From contig JAQGDQ010002062.1 of the NCBI GenBank assembly GCA_030141605.1, positions 1 to 16,180 of the forward strand: DNA of 16,180 nt. Direction: 5' to 3'. A model generated the notes under the pieces. It was not told where the DNA came from. It saw only the letters and a list, made by a program, of their open reading frames with translations, and searched no databases. Positions 1 to 12,976 of this stretch are shown in pieces. Numbering within the stretch: the stretch's first letter is position 1; every line of letters starts with the position of its first letter. Both the position numbers and the translations under genes were made by a program. The stretch comes from Tubiluchus corallicola. Its lineage: Eukaryota; Animalia; Priapulida.

Positions 1-462
1 ACAGTGATACTGATTGTGAGTACACTGGTGTGAGCACTATATGATCAGTCAAAAAGTTATCTGTTTTTAATATCATTAATTCCACAATTGTAATTAATGT
101 CTCCGCATGATAATTAATGATGTTAATGTAACACCAAATGTTTAGTATGACATATGGATCATTAATCTAGCTGTGAATGCAGTGACATTCAGGTTGCCTG
201 ACATCTGTCTCTGGCTGTCTCAAAAGATTCAATGGTAGTGTTCAATGTTTGCGCCACTAATTCTTCCCTGTTACATGCATTTCGCCATTCGTTAGTTAGA
301 CGGGCACTAGCGCCTGCATTTCTGAAACGCATTGTCCAAAAAAACAGGTGCTGTACATCTCACTTTCGATGTGTTAGTTTGTGACGAACTACACACGTTC
401 GACAGCTCATGCATGAGCACAGCGGTAAATTTGAAATTTGAATTTCCGTCTTAGAACTTGTC

Positions 463-551
463 TAATTTTGTTTTAAATGCTGATAGGGACTTGATTTGTT
501 TAACCTGTAATGGTAGAGAATTTCAAAGTAGAATTGCTTGCTTGATTACAG
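463..551 (-). mobile_element. Short internal fragment of the L2/Crack-like LINE family seen at 3093-3777
   Basis: taattttgttttaaatgctgatagggacttgatttgtttaacctgtaatggtagagaatt...gattacag matches ~3405-3493 with few mismatches. Mirror copy at 11250-11338 (+). Confidence 0.85.
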
Positions 552-661
552 GTATGTATAAAATTGACACGCATGCGATTTGAACATGATTATTTTCAGT
601 TTCTGTAGGCTAGCTTATCCAAAATTATCCCTAAATTTCCATCTCAAGCAGCTGCAGACTT

Positions 662-1145
<484 letters not shown>

Positions 1146-1569
1146 ACTGCAGTCAACTAAACGCATGACCTCCTCCCGCTTTCACTCAAACTTTACATCC
1201 AAGATGATTGCTTCGTAATGGGGTAAGTATTTTATTGAAACATCAAAATTATACAGCCCGAGTAAAACGAGTTTGTTGCTGCATTGAGCCGCTGCCGGGC
1301 AATAAAGACATGATTAATGTGTCTGAGTCAGATTCCTAGCAGATCTGATCAATGTTATGTGATGGATTACAAGCTTATAATTCAATTTTCAGTAATAAAA
1401 CGCTCAGAGCAAGATGGTCGCTTAAATAATTGTGTTGTTTTTATGGGCCGCGTTTATTTATTTATTATTCGTTTAATTCACACACAGTAATAAAACAAGT
1501 ATAAAAAACACATATATATATATACAACATACAAATACAATATTTACAAGAATGTGGTAAAGACATACA

Positions 1570-1620
1570 GAAAGAGGGAGGGAGAGAGAGAGAGAGAAAG
1601 AGAGAGAGAAGAGAGAAGAG

Positions 1621-1711
<91 letters not shown>

Positions 1712-1795
1712 AGAGAGAGAGAGACAAAGAGAGAGGGGGAAAGAGAGAGAGAGATGAAGTGAGAAAGAGAGACAGAGAGAGAGAGGGAGAGAAAG
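1570..1795. repeat. (GA)n / purine-rich microsatellite
   Basis: Direct reading. The mirror CT tract at ~9985-10228 differs in length and interruptions. Confidence 0.95.
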
Positions 1796-2282
1796 GTAAA
1801 GAGTTTGATAAAGACACAAAGAGATTAACTACTTACACGTGTCTATTGTCTACAAGGAATTCATGCAAGTTAACTTTATATAAGTGTCTTTTAAATAACT
1901 TAATATTTTGTGCAATTACGAGGGGTGCACCGTCAACATATGCAGGCAATCAGTTCCAAATCTGTACAACTCGATTTGAGAAAAATTGACCAAATGATAC
2001 TTTAGCAGCTGGACGCACGAAAAGCTTCAGACAAAATGATTTTGCCTCGTTCTATTGCAAGATACACGGGGAAAAATTTGTCAAAATCCAAATCAACTTC
2101 ACTATGTATAATTTGGTAACATAAAGCTAAAGTTTTTTGAATGCGTCTCTCTTCTAAAGTCTCCAGATTTACTAATTTAGCATTTTCAACAGGATTAATT
2201 TTGATAAATTGATTAGCTAAAATTGATTAATATTAAATTATCTGTATTAGATTTGAGTCATCCTTAAAGTAAGTAATGTTAC

Positions 2283-2794
2283 ATCCAATATTGCTGAATT
2301 GTAACTGTGGATTTCGATTTGAGTCTGTTGAACACTTTTTGTTGCACTGCCCATTGCATCAACTAGCTAGGGTTGTTATGTTTGATAAATTAAATGCAAT
2401 ACTTCTGCCCGAAAACCTTAGTATAGCTGCCTTAGGAAATAATGATCTGTTGAAGTTGTTATTATTCGGAAAAGATGAATTTAACTATGTTACTAACTGT
2501 GAAATATTCCAATGTATACATGACTTTATATTACGTACTAAACGCTTCCAGTAGTTTCTATCTGATATAAAATGCATCATTCTTAAATAATCGTACATTA
2601 ATATTTACTAACCGTCATTTTCTACTAATGTCTAATGTATCACTGTAGTAAAACTTTAGTATACTAAAAACTAAGTATAGTCTATTCTTACTGTAAATGT
2701 TCTTATAAATAGTATATAAAGTCTGTTGTGGTGAGGATCCTAAATGATGTTGTACAAACTGTCTGTTCCAATCCTAAATAAATTATGTTTAAAC
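2283..2794 (+). mobile_element. 5'-truncated non-LTR retrotransposon (CR1-like): ORF2 C-terminus plus 3' UTR
   Basis: ORF 2276..2554 reads CNCG...ESVEHFLLHCP (CCHC zinc knuckle)...LLFG...N.EIF..IHDFILRTKRFQ*, the typical end of invertebrate LINE ORF2. The 3' end is aataaattatgtttaaac. It is flanked by a 9-bp direct repeat taatgttac (2274-2282 and 2795-2803), a likely TSD. Clade assignment is from memory. Confidence 0.8.
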
Positions 2795-3092
2795 TAATGT
2801 TACGTAATACTGGTTTCTTACGTAGTTCCTTACTTTACACGTGGGTATTCAGCATTGAATTTCGGACCTATTTAGCATAGATGGGTGTGGCAGGGATGGA
2901 ATCTATCGCATCATTAATGGTAATTCTCTAACGTAAGATGTTGTTTAAACTTCTACCTGTAGCTTAGTCGGTTCAGTGTCATTAATTAATTATAATGAGA
3001 ATTTTGGTGACGCAAGTACGTTTGATTTACAATTGATGATGTGTAACTTCTGTGTGTATTTATATTGCGTAGGTTTTTGTTGTTGTGATATT

Positions 3093-3777
3093 TATATATA
3101 TAAAGTATCTTTATTTGCCATTAAAATACATTGATAATCACTGATAAAAACTTTACAGAGATGATCAATCAGTGTTAGTTAATAAAAACTTACACTGCTA
3201 AAGGCAAATGCGTCAGTGCAATCTAAACTACTGTGCAGTAATGGAAAGTAACGACGAATAAAATCAAACGTATTTAGAACTAAGCACAAAAAATGGAAAA
3301 CTGTGATTTAATTAATATGGCCGTGTATATATAAATACTGAATTAGTGTGTATGTTGTCGTACTGGTGTGATGGTATTCCATATCTGGTTAATATTAGTG
3401 ATTTTAATTTTGTTTTAAATGCTGATAGGGACTTGATTTGTTTAACCTGTAATGGTAGAGAATTCCAAAGTAGAATTGCTTGTTTGATTGCAGAGTTCGT
3501 TAAATAGTGGGTATTTGTCCTAATTTGTTTTAGATTGCTTGTTCTGGAATTAACGATAGGATTTGGAAAAAAGGTAAATCTGTTATTCTGGAATGGTTTG
3601 CTGATGTTGTTAATGTATTTAAATATAAAAAGCAGAGTAAAATATTCTTTGTGTGCTCCAATGATTGAGAATTTTAAAGTTTTTCTCAGGTTAGTTGTTG
3701 AAGCTTTGAATTTTTGTCTACCTGCCTTACGTTTGTACGAGTACACAGCTATCAATCTCAACGCATAGTTCTGATAT
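3093..3777 (-). mobile_element. 5'-truncated L2/Crack/Daphne-like LINE: ORF2 C-terminus, 3' UTR, AATAAA and (TA)n tail
   Basis: Minus ORF 3312..3761 ends LWNSLPLQVKQIKSLSAFKTKLKSLIL, the WNxLP...IK...S...FKxKLK motif of CR1-group ORF2. YQNYALRLI lies upstream. The 3' end reads ggcaaataaagatactttatatata. Further copies occur at 12606-12976 and 15227-15443. Confidence 0.85.
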
Positions 3778-3920
3778 TTATTTATTTATTTATACCATTT
3801 ATTCCTACTCGCATGCGGTACTATAACTACAAAAGGAAATATTACAAATGACAATAAATTAGTTCAAGTTGTGTACATGTTGAAGGAAAAAAGTTTGTTA
3901 ATTTGTTAAAGCAAAGTAAA
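3778..3920 (-). mobile_element. Possible 3' end of another retroposon, present only in the left arm
   Basis: The minus strand ends ...gtaggaataaatggtataaataaataaataaa (AATAAA plus (TAAA)n tail) and abuts the LINE. Absent from the right arm. Confidence 0.35.
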
Positions 3921-4094
<174 letters not shown>

Positions 4095-4463
4095 CTGTAA
4101 ATGATAAATAACATATAGGGTTAGCCTGAAGTAAAGAGTTACTTACTCACTAGCGTGTATTGCTACTGTAGAATTTATTTACTTTAATAATCATTTACAC
4201 TGTACTTAATACTCATCATAATTTTGTGAGTGCATCCATAAAACTGCTATTTGCTACGACGTTGTAATCAATTATCGGTTTCTTAATTAATAATTACCGA
4301 GCAAGTTTTTAAGAACTAATCCACTCACCTTGTCAGTAAAAATGGAATCAAGTTCCTCAATCTATCAGTTTCCGCTAATCGCACCCAGCTTCATTTTCAT
4401 TTGATAACTTTCACTGTCTGCTTGTCAGTATGAAATAGACGGAAGAGATGCTCTCTGCATTGC

Positions 4464-4616
4464 TTAACCGTTTCTAAGCATCCACTCATGCAGCGAAGCG
4501 CGCACCTGGTTTACCTGTATTGCAGGTAATAACGCCTGCGGGGCGCTGAGGCCTGTTGCACACGCCGAGAATGCAGAAATTATGATGAACAAATAGGAAA
4601 TAATCTGAATAGCCAT
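4464..4616 (-). CDS. Candidate small secreted-peptide ORF or signal-peptide exon (50 aa), left-arm copy
   Basis: MAIQIISYLFIIISAFSACATGLSAPQALLPAIQVNQVRASLHEWMLRNG*. Good start context (actATGg), hydrophobic N-terminus followed by small residues, upstream acceptor-like ctacag|g at 4674/4673. No homology recognised. Confidence 0.22.
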   Translation of the reverse strand: MAIQIISYLFIIISAFSACATGLSAPQALLPAIQVNQVRASLHEWMLRNG

Positions 4617-4771
4617 AGTTGACCTTGTACCATTGCGGATTGCGTAATGCAATTAAATTCTTAGCTGTTTTGCCTGTAGAGACTTAAACAGTTAAGCTGC
4701 TTAAACTAGATTATGGCAAATTCAGTTTTATTTCAAGGTTAAAATCATATTTTGTGACATTCCTTTGAAAT

Positions 4772-4803
4772 CTTTCTCCCTTCTTCTCTCTCTCTCTCTT
4801 TCG

Positions 4804-4835
<32 letters not shown>

Positions 4836-4839
4836 TTCG

Positions 4840-4893
<54 letters not shown>

Positions 4894-5036
4894 TTCTTCT
4901 TCTTCTTCTCTCTCCTTTCTCTTCTCATTTCCTTCTCTTTCTCTCTTCTTCTTGCTCTTCTTCTCTTTCGTCTCTCTTTCTCTTTCTTCTCATTTTTTCT
5001 CTTCTTTCGTCTCTCTTCTCTCTTCTCTTTCTGCCT

Positions 5037-5068
<32 letters not shown>

Positions 5069-5133
5069 TCTCTCTCTCTTTCTTTGTCTCTCTCTCTCTC
5101 TCTCTCTCTCTCGTTCTTTCTCTCTCTTTTTCT
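4772..5133. repeat. CT-rich polypyrimidine microsatellite at the left arm/spacer junction
   Basis: Direct reading; ~360 bp almost entirely C/T. Confidence 0.97.
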
Positions 5134-5449
5134 TGCTTTATGGTTTATCTGTCTGCCTAGAAGACAAACACAATTATCGCTTACCAGTCAAAAGAGGGCA
5201 AGCAATTTAAACACGGATGCGTAAACCGGCCAAACAATACCAGATGTCTTTAGTGAATTTTCCAGTTTACACAGATCTTCAAAATCAGTTTTACTGCTGC
5301 AGAACTCCCTCATCCGGCAAGAAGAGGCAACTTTGGACAGCGACAAATAGTGCCAGCAAGGTAATAGCATGTCAACATCCTCCCAAGTAGGTACCATGTC
5401 AGTCTTTCGACTTTTCGGGTCGTCAAAATGAGCTTATCTCCGTCTGGTA

Positions 5450-5490
5450 TGCGCACGTGGTCACGGGGCAACGACCCCCGGTGGCTGATT
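5450..5490. promoter_or_regulatory. CpG-rich motif cluster (TGCGCA, E-box CACGTG, RFX X-box-like GTCACGGGGCAAC)
   Basis: tgcgcacgtggtcacggggcaac at 5450-5472 in otherwise AT-rich DNA. Motif resemblance only. Confidence 0.2.
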
Positions 5491-5677
5491 ACAACAACAA
5501 TAGTGACAAAACAAGTTAGTGAAACAATTGAACGTTCTACAATAGTGAACTAAGAAAATGCACCAGCGTAAAGCGGTAAACTGATAAACACACAAAGCTA
5601 GAGACACGAAAGCGTGAGATACGTAACAACTAAAAGACTAACATGTTTTACCCTAAATGTTTGTGTAAAACTAGAGG

Positions 5678-6088
5678 TAGGGGTGTGCATTCTCTACCAG
5701 AAAGCGAATTCGAATCGAACCGAATTTGTGACTTTCGAATTCGAACCGAACTTTAGTGTTTCGAATTCGAATTGAGATCGAAAGATTTTCGAATAAGTTT
5801 TCGAACCACCAGTAAAAATTAGTCTTACAAAGATCATGCATATCACTAGATTTTGTTCTGCAATAAAACGACTAGTAATTTGTTTAATATTGTGCACAGA
5901 AATCACAGCTAAATTATGCTAATTGCATGATGTTTCAATCGTTTTAGTGATAAAGAGCATTATGTGATTGAAGTGCTGAATTATTCGAATCTATAGTTTT
6001 GGATTCGAACCGAGTTCGAACTAAAAAAACTCGTTCGAATCGAATTCGATTCGAATGTTCGAAATCGAACGTTCGATGCTCACCCCTA
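5678..6088. mobile_element. Non-autonomous hAT-superfamily element (MITE), 411 bp, with intact ends
   Basis: TIRs taggggtgtgcat (5678-5690) and atgctcaccccta (6076-6088), 12/13 complementary. Perfect 8-bp TSD actagagg (5670-5677 and 6089-6096). Dense TTCGAA/TCGAAC subterminal repeats at both ends. Confidence 0.92.
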
Positions 6089-6402
6089 ACTAGAGGTGAC
6101 ATGTCAGATGTGCCATGCTGCATTTTTTAATAAAAGCGATTTACCTACATTAAATAACAGAACCAGCTATAGCGAGTATAACCATGTTCCAGGGTAAAGA
6201 GTTAGCGCAATTAGAGCATTCGTTCATTTAAAATATTTCATTATCATAATAATAAAACATGTAAACACGTATCAACAAAGATATGCACGACAAAATCCTT
6301 TTATTTGTAGGAAGTTGCAAATTAGAAAAAGAGAAACATATGGACAGCTAATATACAGACAGGTAGACAGATAGGCAGGCAGATAGATACGTAGAAGCAG
6401 AA

Positions 6403-7019
<617 letters not shown>

Positions 7020-7173
7020 TTTCAAAGGAATGTCACAAAATATGATTTTAACCTTGAAATAAAACTGAATTTGCCATAATCTAGTTTAAGCAGCTTAACT
7101 GTTTAAGTCTCTACAGGCAAAACAGCTAAGAATTTAATTGCATTACGCAATCCGCAATGGTACAAGGTCAACT

Positions 7174-7326
7174 ATGGCTATTCAGATTATTTCCTATTTG
7201 TTCATCATAATTTCTGCATTCTCGGCGTGTGCAACAGGCCTCAGCGCCCCGCAGGCGTTATTACCTGCAATACAGGTAAACCAGGTGCACGCTTCGCTGC
7301 ATGAGTGGATGCTTAGAAACGGTTAG
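7174..7326 (+). CDS. Candidate small secreted-peptide ORF (50 aa), right-arm copy
   Basis: Same as 4464-4616 except R->H (CGC/CAC) and stop TAA->TAG. Confidence 0.22.
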   Translation: MAIQIISYLFIIISAFSACATGLSAPQALLPAIQVNQVHASLHEWMLRNG

Positions 7327-7700
7327 GCAATGCAGAGAGCATCTCTTCCGTTTATTTCATACTGACAAGCAGACAGTGAAAGTTATCAAATGAAAATGAA
7401 GCTGGGTGCGATTATTTAAGTTGATGCGATAGATTGAGGAACTTAACTCCATTTTTACTGACAAGGTGAGTGGATTAGTTCTTAAAAACTTGCTCGGTAA
7501 TTATTAATTAAGAAACCGATAATTGATTACAACGTCGTAGCAAATAGCAGTTTTACGAATGTATTCACAAAATTATGATGAGTATCAAGTGCAGTGTAAA
7601 TTATTATTAAAGTAAATAAATTCTTCAGTAGCAATACAGCCTAGTGAGTAAGTAACTCTTTACTTCAGGCTAACCCTATATGTTATTTATTATTTACAGT

Positions 7701-7717
7701 TTATTATTATTATTATT

Positions 7718-7776
<59 letters not shown>

Positions 7777-7874
7777 AGTTGTTGTTGTTGTTGTTATTAT
7801 TATTATTGTTATTATTCTTCTTCTTCTTCTTCTTCTTCTTATTATTATTATTATTATTGTTATTGTTATTGTTA

Positions 7875-7965
<91 letters not shown>

Positions 7966-7975
7966 TATTATTATC

Positions 7976-8037
<62 letters not shown>

Positions 8038-8038
8038 T
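7701..8038. repeat. Compound (ATT)n/(GTT)n/(CTT)n microsatellite, expanded counterpart of 3921-4093
   Basis: Direct reading; same inner flank as the left-arm tract. Confidence 0.97.
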
Positions 8039-8169
8039 ACAACTTTGTGTTTGTATATGGTTTCAAGTTGAAATAGACTGACAACCTTGAATTTAAAGCT
8101 TGTTGATATTTTTTTATAATGGAAGTCAAACCTGTCAAAAAGAAGCAGGTTAAGAACACGATAATAATG

Positions 8170-8687
8170 ATTAACAATATCAGCAAACCATTCCGAAACA
8201 GATTTACCTTTTTCCAAATCCTATCGTTAATTCCAGAACAAGCAATCTAAAACAAATTAGGACAAATACCCACTATGGAACGAACTCTGTAATCAGACAA
8301 GCAATTCTACTTTGGAATTCTCTACCATTACAGGCTGAACAAATCAAGTCCCCATCAGCATTTAAAACAAAATTAAAATCACTAATATTAACCAGATATG
8401 GAATACCATCACACCAGTACGACAACATACACACTAATTCAGTATTTATATATACACGGCCATATTAATTAAATCACAGTTTTCCATTTTTTGTGCTTAG
8501 TTCTAAATACGTTTGATTTTATTCGTCGTTACTTTCCATTACTGCACAGTAGTTTAGATTGCACTGACGCATTTGCCTTTAGCAGTGTAAGTTTTTATTA
8601 ACTAACACTGATTGATCATCTCTGTAAAGTTTTTATCAGTGATTATCAATGTATTTTAATGGCAAATAAAGATACTTTATATATATA
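8170..8687 (+). mobile_element. Right-arm copy of the L2/Crack-like LINE 3' fragment (shorter at its 5' end)
   Basis: Reverse complement of 3093-3614; homology stops abruptly at 8170. Confidence 0.85.
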
Positions 8688-8985
8688 AATATCACAACAA
8701 CAAAAACCTACGCAATATAAATACACACAGAAGTTACACATCATCAATTGTAAATCAAACGTACTTGCGTCACCAAAATTCTCATTATAATTAATTAATG
8801 ACACTGAACCGACTAAGCTACAGGTAGAAGTTTAAACAACATCTTACGTTAGAGAATTACCATTAATGATGCGATAGATTCCATCCCTGCCACACCCATC
8901 TATGCTAAATAGGTCCGAAATTCAATGCTGAATACCCACGTGTAAAGTAAGGAACTACGTAAGAAACCAGTATTACGTAACATTA

Positions 8986-9497
8986 GTTTAAACATAATTT
9001 ATTTAGGATTGGAACAGACAGTTTGTACAACATCATTTAGGATCCTCACCACAACAGACTTTATATACTATTTATAAGAACATTTACAGTAAGAATAGAC
9101 TATACTTAGTTTTTAGTATACTAAAGTTTTACTACAGTGATACATTAGACATTAGTAGAAAATGACGGTTAGTAAATATTAATGTACGATTATTTAAGAA
9201 TGATGCATTTTATATCAGATAGAAACTACTGGAAGCGTTTAGTACGTAATATAAAGTCATGTATACATTGGAATATTTCACAGTTAGTAACATAGTTAAA
9301 TTCATCTTTTCCGAATAATAACAACTTCAACAGATCATTATTTCCTAAGGCAGCTATACTAAGGTTTTCGGGCAGAAGTATTGCATTTAATTTATCAAAC
9401 ATAACAACCCTAGCTAGTTGATGCAATGGGCAGTGCAACAAAAAGTGTTCAACAGACTCAAATCGAAATCCACAGTTACAATTCAGCAATATTGGAT
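8986..9497 (-). mobile_element. Right-arm copy of the CR1-like LINE 3' end
   Basis: ORF 9226..9504 has a translation identical to 2276..2554. Confidence 0.8.
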
Positions 9498-9984
9498 GTA
9501 ACATTACTTACTTTAAGGATGACTCAAATCTAATACAGATAATTTAATATTAATCAATTTTAGCTAATCAATTTATCAAAATTAATCCTGTTGAAAATGC
9601 TAAATTAGTAAATCTGGAGACTTTAGAAGAGAGACGCATTCAAAAAACTTTAGCTTTATGTTACCAAATTATACATAGTGAAGTTGATTTGGATTTTGAC
9701 AAATTTTTCCCCGTGTATCTTGCAATAGAACGAGGCAAAATCATTTTGTCTGAAGCTTTTCGTGCGTCCAGCTGCTAAAGTATCATTTGGTCAATTTTTC
9801 TCAAATCGAGTTGTACAGATTTGGAACTGATTGCCTGCATATGTTGACGGTGCACCCCTCGTAATTGCACAAAATATTAAGTTATTTAAAAGACGCTTAT
9901 ATAAAGTTAACTTGCATGAATTCCTTGTAGACAATAGACACGTGTAAGTAGTTAATCTCTTTGTGTCTTTATCAAACTCTTTAC

Positions 9985-10096
9985 CTTTCTCTCCCTCTCT
10001 CTCTCTCCCTTTCTCTCTGTCTCTCTTTCTCACTTCATCTCTCTCTCTCTCTCTCCTCTCTCTCTTTCCCCCTCTCTCTTTGTCTCTCTCTCTTCA

Positions 10097-10142
<46 letters not shown>

Positions 10143-10228
10143 CTCTTCTCTCTCTCTCTCTCTCTCTCTCTTTCTCCTCTTCTCTCTTCTCTCTCTCTTT
10201 CTCTCTCTCTCTCTCCCTCCCTCTTTCT
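9985..10228. repeat. (CT)n microsatellite, mirror of 1570-1795
   Basis: Direct reading. Confidence 0.95.
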
Positions 10229-10655
10229 GTATGTCTTTACCACATTCTTGTAAATATTGTATTTGTATGTTGTATATATATATATGTGTTTTTTATACTT
10301 GTTTTATTACTGTGTGTGAATTAAACGAATAATACATAAATAAATAAACGCGGCCCATAAAAACAACACAATTATTTAAGCGACCATCTTGCTCTGAGCG
10401 TTTTATTACTGAAAATTGAATTATAAGCTTGTAATCCATCACATAACATTGATCAGATCTGCTAGGAATCTGACTCAGACACATTAATCATGTCTTTATT
10501 GCCCGGCAGCGGCTCAATGCAGCAACAAACTCGTTTTACTCCGGCTGTATAATTTTGATGTTTCAATAAAATACTTACCCCATTACGAAGCAATCATCTT
10601 GGATGTAAAGTTTGAGTGAAAGCGAGAGGAGGTCATGCGTTTAGTTGACTGCAGT

Positions 10656-11139
<484 letters not shown>

Positions 11140-11824
11140 AAGTCTGCAGCTGCTTGAGATGGAAATTTAGGGATAATTTTGGATAAGCTAGCCTACAGAA
11201 ACTGAAAATAATCATGTTCAAATCGCATGCGTGTCAATTTTATACATACCTGTAATCAAGCAAGCAATTCTACTTTGAAATTCTCTACCATTACAGGTTA
11301 AACAAATCAAGTCCCTATCAGCATTTAAAACAAAATTAGACAAGTTCTAAGACGGAAATTCAAATTTCAAATTTACCGCTGTGCTCATGCATGAGCTGTC
11401 GAACGTGTGTAGTTCGTCACAAACTAACACATCGAAAGTGAGATGTACAGCACCTGTTTTTTTGGACAATGCGTTTCAGAAATGCAGGCGCTAGTGCCCG
11501 TCTAACTAACGAATGGCGAAATGCATGTAACAGGGAAGAATTAGTGGCGCAAACATTGAACACTACCATTGAATCTTTTGAGACAGCCAGAGACAGATGT
11601 CAGGCAACCTGAATGTCACTGCATTCACAGCTGATTAATGATCGATATGTCATACTAAACATTTGGTGTTACATTAACATCATTAATTATCATGCGGAGA
11701 CATTAATTACAATTGTGGAATTAATGATATTAAAAACAGATAACTTTTTGACTGATCATATAGTGCTCACACCAGTGTACTCACAATCAGTATCACTGTA
11801 TGTTGTTTTGAGTTGTAATTTAAA

Positions 11825-12265
11825 ATATATATATATATATATATATTAATTCTTTATTTGCCTTTAAAATGGTTCACTCATTATAATAAAATTGAGAAAG
11901 CCTCAGCGTAATGTTAACATAACAACACTGTTCAAGACAAATGCGTCCAATGCATACTAAAAAACTAAAGTGCAAAACTAACTCCTAATTATATACAATA
12001 AAAGAACATATTTACAAACACAATATTAAAATATTTTTACAAAACAATATTACAAAAATACATTAAATTTTATATGACATATTTTACACTATATATACAT
12101 TAACATGACACAATTAACAGAAACATGCTTTACATTACATAAATTTCACTCATTACATTTACACTATTTATACATTTGATATTACAAAACTGACATAACA
12201 CGTATTACATTACGTAATTTTTTTTAAAAATTTTTACATTTTTAATCGTTTTATGAAGTCAGGGG
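11825..12265 (-). mobile_element. Degenerate 3' fragment of a related L2/Crack-like LINE subfamily with (TA)n tail
   Basis: (TA)n, then tctttatttgcc, then acactg..aag.caaatgcgtc...tgca, the same conserved blocks as 3108-3220. Minus strand ~12200-12262 gives frameshifted LP.DFIK.IKNVKIFKK.LRNV, resembling the ORF2 terminal motif. Confidence 0.55.
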
Positions 12266-12603
12266 GGGTAGATGAAAGTTGAGTCTGTGTAATTAGTATC
12301 AGATGCACAATGTGGAAGAAACGCAGATCTACCCAAAATTTCTGTTTGTTTATTCCGTTATCTACGTAGCACGTTGCGTTGTAAGCCTAAGCAACAGATC
12401 GATAAATAAAATTGATTTTGCCTCGTTAATTATTAACTCATCGCGTTTGTAGCTTAACAATATTATTACCATGAAATTAATAAGCCTGCAACGACAAAGT
12501 CTTTTTATACAGTAGGGTATAGTAAGTTTATTCCAAGCTGGAATTCTACATTCAACAGGAGGCGCTACAGTTATTATTCTAATAGCTGTGGTTGGACCGG
12601 AAT

Positions 12604-12605
<2 letters not shown>

Positions 12606-12654
<49 letters not shown>

Positions 12655-12976
12655 ATCTTTATTTGCCATTAAAATACATTGATAATCACTGATAAAAACT
12701 TTACAGAGATGATCAATCAGTGTTAGTTAATAAAAACTTACACTGCTAAAGGCAAATGCGTCAGTACAATCTAAACTACTGTGCAGTAATGGAAAGTAAC
12801 GACGAATAAAATCAAACATATTTACAACTAAGCACAAAAAATGAAAAAACTATGATTTAATTAACATGGCCGTGGATATATGAATTCTGGATTAGTGTGT
12901 ATGTTGTCGTACTGGTGTGATGGTATTTCATATCCGGTTAATATTACTGATTTTAATTTTGTTTCAAATGCTGATA
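12606..12976 (-). mobile_element. 5'-truncated copy of the L2/Crack-like LINE with a long (TA)n tail (12606-12651)
   Basis: tctttatttgccattaaaatacattgataatc... through ...aaatgctgata aligns with ~3108-3427 with scattered substitutions. Confidence 0.9.

Noticed and set aside
370-445. Small hairpin, 14-bp palindrome gctcatgcatgagc (405-418) and (tttgaa)-like tail
   Set aside because: Could be a retroposon 3' end, but there is no head, TSD or independent second copy to support it.
1918-1935. TA-CGAGGGG resembling a Tc1/mariner TIR start, paired with 9845-9862
   Set aside because: The partner is just the palindrome mirror; no independent second TIR was found within the arm.
5188-5397. 69-aa minus-strand ORF in the spacer
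   Set aside because: Short, no recognisable domain, length expected by chance.
5705-6075. TTCGAA clusters as heat-shock elements or a CRISPR-like array
   Set aside because: Irregular spacing, no repeat-spacer structure, eukaryotic context; they are explained as subterminal repeats of the MITE.
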